A stretch of 64,000 nucleotides of DNA from Eledone cirrhosa (lineage: Eukaryota): the NCBI GenBank assembly GCA_964016885.1, contig OZ024742.1, positions 28,024,001 through 28,088,000 of the forward strand, written 5' to 3'. Both the position numbers and the translations under genes were made by a program. Each line of letters opens with the position of its first letter. The first letter of the stretch is position 1. Of the stretch, positions 43,376 to 55,692 are shown piece after piece. The notes beneath the pieces were generated by a model that ran no database searches, was not told the origin of the DNA, and saw only the letters and a program-made list of their open reading frames with translations.

Positions 43376-45505
43376 ATTATCATCATCATCAGGTTTAGCG
43401 TCCGTGTTCCACGCTTGCATGGGTTTGGACGGGGGTTTTCCCACTTGAGGCAAGAGTGGTTGTCTTGCTCGCATAGGACTGTCTGGCGGGTTTTCTACAG
43501 TTGGATGCCCTTCCTAACACCAACCACATTTACAGTGTGGGGCTGGGAGGTTTTTACCGTGTTGCCTACACGGCCACATTACAGTGTGGACTGTCTGGCG
43601 GGTTTTCTACAGCTGGATGCCCTTCCTAACACCAACCACATTTACAGTGTGGGGCTGGGAGGTTTTTACCGTGTTGCCTACACGGCCACATTTACAGCGT
43701 GGACTGTGTGTTTTTTGTCGTGACACCTACACGATCTCATTTGTTTCGGCCTGGATGTTGTGGGACCAACATAACTTTACATTGAAAGGGGCGGTGTGGG
43801 TGGGGTGGAGGTGGTGGGACGGGGGTGTGTTTTGATAGAGATGCCTACTGACTATAGTAGGTTTTTACTTTGTATTTAGGTAAGGCGGGTCTTCTCTATT
43901 ACTGAGTACCGCCAAAGGTCTCGGTCCAGTGACATTGTCTTGGAGAGGTGTAAGCGTGTGAGGTCGGAATTTATCAGCTCGTCCCATGTTTTTCTGGGTC
44001 TGCCTACTCCGTGGCTACCGTCTATCTTTATTGCCCTGCACTTTGTTATACAGCTGTCGTCTTTCATGCGCATCACGTGACCGTACCAACGTAGCCTTCT
44101 CTCGAGTAAACAACATCTGATCCCTCTTATTTCTAATTTTTTCCTTAGTTCGTTTATGCTTTGCCGTTCACGTATATTACTATTGCACATCCAGCGGAGC
44201 ATGCAAGCTTCGTTCCTCTCTAGTCTGCGTATATCCTCTGCACACAATGCCCAGGTCTCACTGCCATGCAGCATTGCTGTTCGTATGCAGGCATCGTATA
44301 ACCTGCCTTTCATTTTTAGGGAGAACCCTCTAGCGGCTAATAGTGGTATAAGCTCTCTGAACTTTTTCCATCCAGTTCTGACTCTAGCTACTGTACTTTC
44401 AGAGCACCCTCCCCCACTGCTGATTTTGTCACCCAGATAACGGAAGCTGTCCACTATTTCTATAGAACCCTCTGCGCAGTTGAAGGAGCTAGTATTTTGT
44501 GGGCACTTGCTGCTACTTATTGCACCAGAGCACCGGCCACATGTAAAATCTATGTTCTTAGTTAGCTTACCTGTGATCCCACTACATCTTTTATGCACCC
44601 ATACTTTGCATTTGGGACATAAAATGGAGTTTCTACCTACGCCTTTCCTACACACTGAGCATGGCCATTTCCCCGATGGGACCGCCGCCTTATTTTCTTT
44701 CCTACAAACTAGAACTTTAGTCTTAGCCAGGTTAATTTTAAGGCCTTTTGATTCTAGGCCGTGCTTCCACGTTTGGAATTTCTTCTCTAGTTCGGTCATT
44801 GATTCAGCTATGAGCGTTAGATCATCTGCGTATAGGAGTTCCCATGGGCAGCCGGTCTTGAACTCCTCTGTTATAGCCTGAAGGGCAATAATAAATAGTA
44901 GGGGGCTAAGTACAGAGCCCTGATGGACACCAACTTTTACGCTAAACTCTTCACTATATTCGTTGTTAATTCTAACCTTACTGACTGTTTCTTTATACAT
45001 GGCTTGTATAGCTCTCACAAGCCATTCGTCAACACCTAGTTTTCTAAGAGACCACCAGATAATGGAACGGGGGACTCTGTCGAAGGCTTTCTCCAAGTCG
45101 ACAAAAGCTTAGTATAGGGGTTTACTTTTAGCTAGGTACTTCTCCTGTAGTTGTCGTACAATGAAAAGAGCGTCTGTGGTACTTTTGCCTGACACAAACC
45201 CGAACTGCATTTCATCTAGATCAATTCTCTCTCTGATTAGTTGCGCTATTACTTTTTCCGTGACCTTCATGACCTGGTCGATTAATTTAATGCCTCTATA
45301 GTTACTCCTATCTAGGGCATCTCCTTTTCCCTTATAGCAGTTAACGATGATGCTGCTACGCCATTCCTTCGGAACAACCCCATTCTGTACGACTTGGTTA
45401 ACTATCCGGGTGACCATGGTGTGTCCCACCGAACCAGATGCCTTCAGCATCTCAGCAACTATTTCCGAAGGCCCAGCCGCCTTACCCGTCTTCATATCTT
45501 TTATC
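43376..45505 (-). mobile_element. RTE LINE (subfamily 2), 5'-truncated, with the RT largely intact
   Basis: ORFs 45109-45495 and 43876-45096 carry NYRGIKL, QFGF, EKAFDRV, GVHQGSVLSP, YADDL and a PHD-like finger. There is a ~110-bp tandem duplication in the 3' UTR. Confidence 0.97.
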
Positions 45506-46181
45506 TCACTGAGAATTACATTAGAGTCACATATCTATAGAATACTCAGTCACTTGCCTGTTAATTTCATGAGTGGACTATTCCATTGATGGAACAACAA
45601 GAACACACATCATCAACACCAACAGAAGCTAATTCCACATCCTGAAAATACACACACATGCACACACACACATACACTCAAGTGCACACACACACACACA
45701 CTCACGTGCACACACACACACTCATGTGCACATACGCACATAGACACATACACACATCATCAACACCAACAGAAGCTTATTCCATGTCCTGAAAATACAT
45801 ACACACATGTACATACACACATACACACATACGTGCACACACATATATATACCTTAAAACATCTGTTGAGATTAAGTTTGAATGTAATTTTATTCATATA
45901 TATTTTCTCATGAAAAAAATAAAGACATAGCGTAAAAGTAAATTGATAATATATATATTATTTAAAAAAAACTTTTTCTTATTTCAAAATGACAATTTAT
46001 TTATAAAAAATAGCCATTATTTTGTTTTGATATGCCTCCATGTTTTTACATGAGTACGCCTGTCTATAAATACTTTTCAACAAATATATGTTTCAAACAA
46101 ATTGCCTTTCAAACAATTTGTTTTCTTCCTGAGTGTTGTTGCTATATAGGGTTCTGATGAATTGTTCTACCCCATATATAT

Positions 46182-46680
46182 CTCATCATCACCACCATCA
46201 CTATCATCACCACCACCATTACTATCAACATCATCACCTCCACCATCACTATCATTACCATCACTACCATCACTATCATCATCATCATCACCATTACTAC
46301 TATCACTACCATCACCACCAGCACTATCATCATCACCAACACCACCACCACCATCACTACCATCATCACCACCACCACCACCATCACTATCACTATCATC
46401 ATCACCACCATCACCAACACTATCAACATGATCACCACCATCATTATCATCATCACCACCATCATTATCATCATCACCACCACCACCATCACTATCACTA
46501 TCATCACCATCACCACCACCACTATCATCACCACCACCACCATCACTATCATCATCACCATCACCACCATCACTATCATTATCACCAACTCCACCATCAC
46601 CAACACCACCATCACTATCAGTATGACCACCACCACCATCACTATCAGTATCACCACCACCACCACCATCATCACATCCA
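46182..46680. repeat. (CAT/CAC)n low-complexity triplet repeat; similar tracts at 53333-53885 and, as (GGT/GAT)n, 56930-57690
   Basis: Direct inspection. Confidence 0.95.
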
Positions 46681-46811
46681 GTTTTTCATGATATCATGGG
46701 TTAGATGAGTTGTCCCATTGTGAGATAAGCCAGGTCAGATGACCATGTCCTGCTCATACAGAACTGATTTGGGCTGAGTTTCTATGGCTGGATGCCCTTC
46801 CTTATGCCAAC

Positions 46812-46847
<36 letters not shown>

Positions 46848-46860
46848 ACGAAGGAAATGT

Positions 46861-46892
<32 letters not shown>

Positions 46893-46895
<3 letters not shown>

Positions 46896-47239
46896 AGGCA
46901 CATGGCTTAGTGGTTAGAGCATTGGCCTTGCAATCGAAAGGCTGTGAGTTCAATTCTCAGACCGGGTGATGTATTGTTTCCTTGAGCAAGATACTTTATT
47001 TCACATTGCTCCAGTTTACTCAGCTGTAGAAATGAGATGATAGGACTGGGGTCCATATCATTCCACTACAAAGTGGTCGTGGAGGTGCCACAGCAAAAAA
47101 GCACCCAGCACTCACTTTAAATGAGGTTGGTGTTAGGAAGGGCATCCAGCTGTAGAAATCAAGCCAGAATCAGTTCCCGTCCCACCCTTGCAAGCAGGGA
47201 AAAGCGGACGTAAATTGAAATGATGATGATGATGATGAT
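46893..47239 (+). mobile_element. Full-length tRNA-SINE (RTE-tailed family); another copy at 48498-48791 (-)
   Basis: ggaggcacatggcttagtggttagagc head, B-box, core and (GAT)n tail. Confidence 0.9.
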
Positions 47240-47265
47240 ATATATATATATATATATACATATGT

Positions 47266-47432
47266 AGATTTCAGAGTTGTGTCAGGGGGTAACCACAGCT
47301 AACAAAGGTACTCACAGTCTTGGTTGAGTATATGCATCTTTATTATATATAGAAATTACTTCTACCAGATTAGAACTGTTTCATTTGTATGAAATCATGA
47401 GTTCTAGTCCCGTAGAAGTAATTTCTATATTA
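47266..47432 (-). mobile_element. Diverged family-B fold-back element
   Basis: Hairpin tatagaaattacttctac...agaactgtttcat|ttgt|atgaaa...gttctagtcccgtagaagtaatttctata; ggtactca at ~47308. Confidence 0.6.
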
Positions 47433-48110
47433 TATATATGTGTGTGTGTGTGTGTGTAGGTATATGTATCTGTGTGTCCTGTTTGCTGATCCTGTGAGTA
47501 CACAGGTTAAACTCAAGAGTAACAAGTCTCATCAGTCATAATTGTTTCTACTTTAGGCACAAGGCCAGCAATTACCCAGTACATTACTGGTACTTTATTT
47601 TATCGACCCCGTAAGGATGAAAGGCAAAGTTAACCTCGGCGGGATTTGAACTCAGACATAATAAAGACTATTTAAACTCTACTTCAGTATTGAACATTCA
47701 TTCTTACAGCTGTCACCATCACACACATGCATACATACAGATACACACAGATACTCACACATATATGTATGTATGTGTGTGTATATATATATATATACTG
47801 CCAGATAGTCCTATACGAGCAAGACAACCAATCTTGCCTCAAGTGGGACAATTCCCGTCTAAACCCATGGTAGCGTGGAAGATAGACGTTAAACAATGAT
47901 GATGATGATATGTATCTGATTAGTGTTTTCGTGGTTTTGGTATTGTATGGCTGGGTATTGCCTGCCGCAACTTTCAATTTGTCAAGCTATCTAAACGTAA
48001 TGTTATTATTCTGTACCTTTATTGAGTGCTTTGCTACTCATTCCTAATTGTAGGTCGACTTTGCTTGGCCACAGCCAAAGCTTCGATTTTACTAAGCTCG
48101 CAGTCGTATG

Positions 48111-48156
<46 letters not shown>

Positions 48157-48806
48157 GATGTATGTATGGTAGAGCCCATGCCAACATGGAAAGTGGATGT
48201 TAAATGATATGTATATATTTGTATCATCATCATCATCATCATATTCAAAGATGTCAGAATTATGACTTGCAGAAATAACTCCACAGCGAAACACACACAC
48301 ATTCGACAGATGAAAATATTTTGGAAATAAGCTAAGTGTGTGTATGTATGTGTGTAAGTGTGTGTGTGTGTGTGTTTATATATATATATATATGCGAGTG
48401 TATTTGAATATGAAATCGACAGATACATGATGAAGATAGGTAGATAGGTAAGTATGTAGATATATAGACATATAGATAGATATATACGTAGGTATATATC
48501 ATTTCATTTCATTTTATGTCCGCTTTTTCCCTGCTTTTTCTACAGCTGGATGCCCTTCCTAACACCAACCTCATTTACAGTGAGTGCTGGGTGCTTTTTT
48601 GCCATGACTACTTTGCAGTGGAATGATATGGACCCCAGTCCCTATCATCTCATTTCTACAGCTGAGTAAACTGGAGCAATGTGAAATAAAGTGTCTTGCT
48701 CAAGGAAACAACACATCACCCGGTCTGAGAATTGAACTCACAACCTTTCGATTGCAAGGCCAATGCTCTAGCCACTAAGCCATGTACCTCCATATATATA
48801 TATATA

Positions 48807-48988
48807 ATGAAGGAAATGTGGTAAGGAACCAGGTGGACCATAACGCACCAAAGTATTCAATACTTAGGGTAGTAGAGTGGGTAATAGGAACGAGTAGGAC
48901 ACTGATGAGTAGGACACTGACTAATTTAGTCCAGAATTAGCCGTCGAAACGGCTTGAGCTCAGCCGTCGAGGTCCTACTCGTTCCTAT
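48807..48988 (-). mobile_element. Family-A fold-back element
   Basis: Shares ggaaatgtggtaaggaacc... with 1304-1499; GAAA-cggc-ttgagctca-gccg-TC at ~48946-48968. Confidence 0.7.
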
Positions 48989-48994
48989 ATATAT

Positions 48995-51900
48995 ATCATC
49001 ATCATCATCATTATCATCGTTTAACGTCCATGTTCCACGCTTGCATGGGTTTGGACGGGAGTTTTCCCACTTGAGGCAAGAGTGGTTGTCTTGCCCGCAT
49101 AGGACTGTCTGGCGGGTTTTCTACAGCTGGATGCCCTTCCTAACACCAACCACATTTACAGTGTGGGACTGGGAGGTTTTTACCGTGTTGCCTTACACGG
49201 CCACATTACAGCGTGGACTGCGTGTTTTTTTTGTCGTGACACCTACACGATCTCATTTGTTTCGGCCTGGATGTTGTGGCACCAACATAACTTTACATTG
49301 AAAAGGGCGGTGTGGATGGCTGGGGTGGTGGGACGGGGGTGTATTTTGTTAGAGATGCCTACTGACTGTAGTAGGTTTTACTTTGTATTTAGGTAAGGCG
49401 GGTCTTCTCTATTACTGAGTACCGCCAAAGATCTCGGTCCAGTGACATTGTCTTGGAGAGGTGTAAGTGTGTGAGGTCGGAATTTATCAGGTCGTCCCAG
49501 GTTTTTCTGGGTCTGCCTACTCCATGGCTACCATCTATCTTTATTGCCCTGCACTTTGTTATACAGCTATCGACTTTCATGCGCATCACGTGTCCATACC
49601 AACGTAGCCTTCTCTCGAGTAAACAACATCTGATCCCTCTTATTTCTAATTTTTTCCTTAGTTTGTTTATGCTTTGCCGTTCACGTATATTACTATTACA
49701 CATCCAGCGGAGCATGCAAGCTTCGTTCCTCTCTAGTCTGCGTATATCCTCTGCACACAATGCCCAGGTCTCACTGCCATGCAACATTGCTGTTCGTATG
49801 CAGGCATCATACAACCTGCCTTTCATTTTTAGGGAGAACCCTTTAGTGGCTAATAGTGGTATAAAGCTCTCTGAACTTTTTCCATCCAGTTCTGACTCTA
49901 GCTACTGTACTTTCAGAGCACCCTCCCCCACTGCTGATTTTGTCACCCAGGTAACGGAAGCTGTCCACTATTTCTATAGAACCCTCTGCGCAATTGAAAG
50001 AGCTAGTATTCTGTGGGCACTTGCTGCTACTTATTGCACCAGAGCACCGGCCACATGTAAAATCTATGTTCTTAGCTTACCTGTGATCCCACTACATCTT
50101 TTATGCACCCATACTTTGCATTTGGGATATAAAATGGAGTTTCTACCTACACCTTTCCTACACACTGAGCATGGCCATTTCCCGGAAGGGACCGGCTCCT
50201 TATTTTCTTTCCTACAAACTAGAACCTTAGTCTTAGCCAGGTTAATTTCAAGGCCTTTTGATTCTAGGCCGTGCTTCCATGTTTGGAATTTCTTTTCTAG
50301 CTCGGCCATTGATTCAGCTATGAGCGTTAGATCATCTGCGTATAGGAGTTCCCATGGGCAACCGGTCTTGAACTCCACTGTTATAGCCTGAAGGGCAATA
50401 ATAAATAGTAGGGGGCTAAGAACAGAGCCTGATGAACACCAACGTTTACGCTAAACTCTTCACTATATTCGTTGTTAATTCTAACCTTGCTGACTGTTTC
50501 TTTATACATGGCTTGTATAGCTCTCACAAGCCATTCATCAACACCTAGTTTTCTAAGAGCCCACCAGATAATGGAATGGGGGACTCTCTCGAAGGCTTTC
50601 TCCAAGTCGACAAAAGTTAAGTATAGGGGTTTACTTTTAGCTAGGTACATCTCCTGTAGTTGTCGTACATTTAAAAGAGCATCTGTGGTACTTTTGCCTG
50701 ACACAAACCCGAACTGCATTTCATCTAGATCAATTCTCTCTGATTAGTTGCGCTATTACTTTTTCCGTGACCTTCATCACCTGGTCGATTAATTTAAAAC
50801 CTCTATAGTTACTCCTATCTAGGGCATCTCCTTTACCCTTGTAGCAGTTAATGATGATGCTGCTACGCCAGTCCTTCGGAACAACCCCATTCTGTATGAC
50901 TTGGTTTACTATCCGGGTGACCATGGTGTGTCCCACCGTTCCAGAGGCTTTCAGCATCTCAGCAACTATTTCCGAAGGCCCAGCAGCCTTACCCGTCTTC
51001 ATAATCTTTGATTGCCTTACTTATTATACTACCTTCGACTAACACTGCTGGTCTCTCTATTGGGTCGATGTGGGGGAGACTGTCTTTCTCCCATTTATTC
51101 TCCTCAATTAGTAGCCTTTCGTAATGACACTTCCAAGCTACTTTCTTATCAGCGTCAGTGATGGCAAGTACGCCATCATCATTAAATACACACTTCTCCT
51201 TGACAATATCACGGTTTTCCTTGACACATTGCCTAGCAATCCTGAACACCTCACGTTTTTGGTCCTCGTGTTGTAGAACATGCTTGAACTTTCCTTCCTC
51301 TGCTTCCCTTCTTGCGAAGTACACTTGTCTCCTAGCTTCCCTCCTGGCCACTTGATAGTCTTCTCTACTTCCCCCATCCCGCCATACTTTCCAAGCCTGC
51401 TTTTTGGCCTTAATTGACTCCTCCACCTTACTGTTCCACCACCATGTTACTCTCCTCCTACCTACAGGCCTGCTCCAGCCACAGACTTCGTTTGCCGCCA
51501 TCAGCAGGTTTGCTTTCAGGAATTCCCACTGTTCCTCTATATTGTACGACTCTAATTGCTCTTCCTTACTTTCGAAAGCATCAAGTAATATGCTTTTAAA
51601 TTTATTACTGGCTGTGGGATCCTTTAGCTTCCATATTTTTCTCCTGAGGATAATCCTCTTCTGCTGTCTAGTACATCTCGTCCTGACTATGAGGTCGCTA
51701 ATTATCAGTCTATGTTGGGAGGTGCATTCTTCATGGGGGAGGGATTTAGTGTTTACAACAGACTCTCTGTTACGTCTTCTGGTAAGGATATAATCTACCT
51801 GGCTGGTATATTCCCCTGATCTGTAGGTGATCAAGTGATTGTCTCATTTTTTGAAGTTAGTGTTACAGATAATTAGGTTATTTGCATCACAGAATTCCAG

Positions 51901-52836
51901 GATTCTGGAGCCTTCCTCATTTCTAGTACCAAACTCATAGCCTCCGTGGATTCCGTCATAGCCATCACAATGTTGTCCAACATGGCCATTTAGGTCGCCA
52001 GCAATAATTATATAGTCACTGTCGGTTATTTGGGAGGTAGTGAGCATCAGTGTCTCATAGAATCTGTCTTTTATAGCGCCAGGCAGTCCGGATTGGGGCG
52101 CGTATGCAGATATTACTGTCACGGTAGTTCTATTTAGAACAAGTCTTATTTTAATTATTCTGTCATTCACTCTATTTACGTCTATTATCTTATCCACCCA
52201 TTTTTCTGCTAACATGATTCCTACCCCACCTATCCCATTGTCATTTCCCACCCAGAAAAGCTTATAGCAACGTTTTTTATCCACAATGAATCTAGCAGAC
52301 CCGCCCCTCAACCTGGTCTCTTGGATACAGCAAACATCAACCTCCTTACGTTCAAACATTTCTACAACCTCGTTATAGCGGCCTTTTAAGGTGCCTACAT
52401 TCATGGTACCAACTCTGAAGTTTTGGATTGTGTTTGGAGGATGGGGCACAGGGAAGGGTGAGGGGGATGGGGTTGGGGTTATGTTGGCCATCCGCAGCTG
52501 ATACAAAGTGGAGGGGGCCTTGCCCTTTCGTCCGGCAGCATGAGGTGAATTTGTCGTTATCTTTGGCATTGTCATCGAGTGTACAGATTCTTCAGACTCT
52601 CCAGAAATTCCTTAGTCCATCCATCATATAGAAAAGCAGCCAGAAGTGATAGTATATGCCGTTGACTTGTGATTGATCCAAATAATAGGGTAGAGAGTGG
52701 GGGCGGGAGGGAGGGGTATGGGGTAGTTAGCAAAGAGAAGATTATTTAGAACAATATGAATGAATGGACCGATAGGCTGGAGAGAGATAAGAAAAATGGC
52801 ATTTACATTATACTTCGCAGGGAACGACGAGGTCTG
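48995..52836 (-). mobile_element. Near-full-length RTE LINE (subfamily 2): APE endonuclease + RT + PHD-like finger, disabled by frameshifts
   Basis: Consecutive ORF pieces from 52575 to 49389: RVGTMNVGTL, CIQETR, ISAYAPQ, GDLNGH, QVDYIL, NYRG, QFGF, YADDL, RRLRWYGHV. A ~260-nt putative 5' UTR, a (GAT)n tail and (TA)n on both sides. Confidence 0.97.
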
Positions 52837-52857
52837 TATATATATATATATATATAT

Positions 52858-53195
52858 AGGTAGATATGTAGTTATTTAGGTAGGTAGATAGATAGATAGA
52901 TAGGCAGATAAATAGATAGATAGACAGATAAATAGATAGGTAGATAGATAGATAGATAGCTAGGTAGATAGCTAGGTAGATAGATAGATAGGTAGATAGC
53001 TAAGTATGTAGATATATAGACATATAGATAGATATATACGTAGGTAAATTTATATGATATATATAGATAGATATATAGATAGATAGGTAGATAGGTAGAT
53101 AGGTAGTTATTTAGATAGGTAGATAGATAGATAGATATATAGATAGGCAGATAAATAGATAGATAGGCAGATAAATAGATAGGTAGATAGATAAA
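52858..53195. repeat. (GATA/GGTA)n tetranucleotide repeat
   Basis: Direct inspection. Confidence 0.9.
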
Positions 53196-54235
53196 TATCT
53201 AGCTGGATAATCTCATTAGGCAGGGGGAAATAACCATGTCAGAGAAGATAAAAGATTCTATTGTTCTACAAAGGATAAAAACCAGGATATGTTTCAAAAT
53301 TACAAACACGATATAATTCAGTTTTGTTTGTATTATCATCATTGTCAATATCATCACTATCAGCATCACCATCATCACTAACACCACCATCACCACCATC
53401 ATCACCATCACCACCATCATCACTATCATCACCATCATCACTATCACCACCATCATCACCATCATCACTATCACCACTATCATCACCATCATCACTAACA
53501 CCACCATCACCACTATCATCATCACTATCGTCATCACTACCACCATCACCACCATCACCACTATCACCACCATCATCACTAACACCACCATCACCGCTAT
53601 CATCATCACCACCACTATCAGCATCACTACCATCATCATCATCACATCTACCACCACCCTCAACATCATCACTAACACCACTATCATCACTATCACCACC
53701 ATCATCACTAACACCTCCATCACCACCATCATCATCACCACCACCATCATCATCACCATCATCACCACTATCATAATTACCACTAACACCACCATCACTA
53801 TCCTCACCATCACCACCATCACCACCCTCATCACTATCATCACCATCACCACTACCAACATCACTACCATCATCATCATCACCATTCTACTCTATTTTCC
53901 ATGCTTGCATGGGTTATATCTCTAGTTTAGTTTTTTGTTTTATTTTCTGTGTTTTTTTTTGTTTTGATATTTAATTTTTACGTGTTTTGCTTTATTTTTG
54001 AATGTGGAATTACTTTGAACACTTACATGATATCTCCCCCCCCCCCATATATATATATATATATATATACATAGACATATATCCATACACATATATACAC
54101 ATACACATATATACATACACACATATACATACAAATAAATACATATACATACATACATCTGCACATATATACACACACTTTATATATATATATATTTATC
54201 CACACATATATACACACACACATATATACACACAC

Positions 54236-54280
<45 letters not shown>

Positions 54281-54573
54281 TACACACACGTCTATATATA
54301 TATATATATATATAATATATATATATATATACATATATACATATATATATACATATATACACACATATCTATCTATCTATATATATATATATATATATAT
54401 ATATGAGTGTGTTCTGTTATTAATTCTGGCAATATTACACAAATATGACCCTCCCCAAGTATAACAATATATATATAACAATATACATATATACATACAC
54501 GTCTATATATATCATCATCATCATCATCATCATCAACGTTTAACGTCCGTGTTCCACGCTTGCATGGGTTTGG

Positions 54574-54604
<31 letters not shown>

Positions 54605-54613
54605 TACACACAC

Positions 54614-54652
<39 letters not shown>

Positions 54653-55451
54653 TCTATATATATATATATATATATTTATCCACACATATATACACACACA
54701 TATATACACTCACGTCTATATATATATATATATATATACATATACATGCATATATACACATATCATTAGATAGTATGTGATACAGAAAGAACAATATTTG
54801 TGCACTAGCTAGTAATCTTTGAAATGGTTGTTGCTTAATAAATCAAAATATCAACCAATTCTATGCCAAGTCTATCTGTAGAACATTTTCCCTCTATCCC
54901 ATGCCAATCTCTTGCACCAATAAACATTAAATTGGAAAGCTATGGTTGAGGATGTCTTTCACTAAGACGGATGGAGAAATTTGATATAAATGTTATATTT
55001 TGTCTACATTTATAATTTCTTATATCGAGGTTCAGATTTAACTGAAGTTGTTGCTGTTGTTATTATTGTCATACGAAACAATTTGCATCAACATAGATCT
55101 TCTGTAATGGAATATATATATATGTTGCCTATTTCACATGCCTGCCTATGATTGAGTATATCTATTATTGAAGACAATCCAGTCGTGACCATCCTATATA
55201 TGTTTTGCTTTATATTTTATGTAATTTTTTTGGTCTTTTATCCTTTTTCTTTTCATAATTTCACAGGCAGAGAACAATGTGTAAAGTAATTTGTTAAACA
55301 AATGGAGTTGCTATAGTAATGACTCTTCAGTGTTTCCCAGGGCACAACAATCTCTCAAATGCTCATGTTGTGCCTGCTACTATGCTACTATGCTAAAATA
55401 CACTCAATATACTCTGTTAACTCTAAAGGGTTAATATACTCTGTAGATTAA

Positions 55452-55692
55452 CCCTTTAGCATCTAAATTACTCTATATTTACTATTATATTTTGGCAGAC
55501 TATATCTCATGAAACATAGAATCTATAAGATTCACATAATCATCTTATCTAATATCAAATCTATGAGATTTTGATATTATTTATTTTGAGAACAATACCT
55601 TAACATCAGTATGATTGGCCAGTTACGACCAGTTTGAACAAAAAGAGGTGAGAGATTTCTGGCCGGATATGGCCGGTTTAAATGCTAAAGGT
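55452..55692. mobile_element. piggyBac-like MITE with a TTAA target duplication
   Basis: TTAA-ccctttagcatctaaa ... tttaaatgctaaaggt-TTAA. Confidence 0.65.

Noticed and set aside
46133-46708. Poly-His ORF (and Gly/Val-rich ORFs at 53.2-57.8 kb)
   Set aside because: Triplet low-complexity repeats with no splice or domain support.
48896-48975. Apparent complete hammerhead using CTGATGA at 48902
   Set aside because: The heptamer arises at a small local duplication (gagtaggacactga twice) and helix I does not pair in register.
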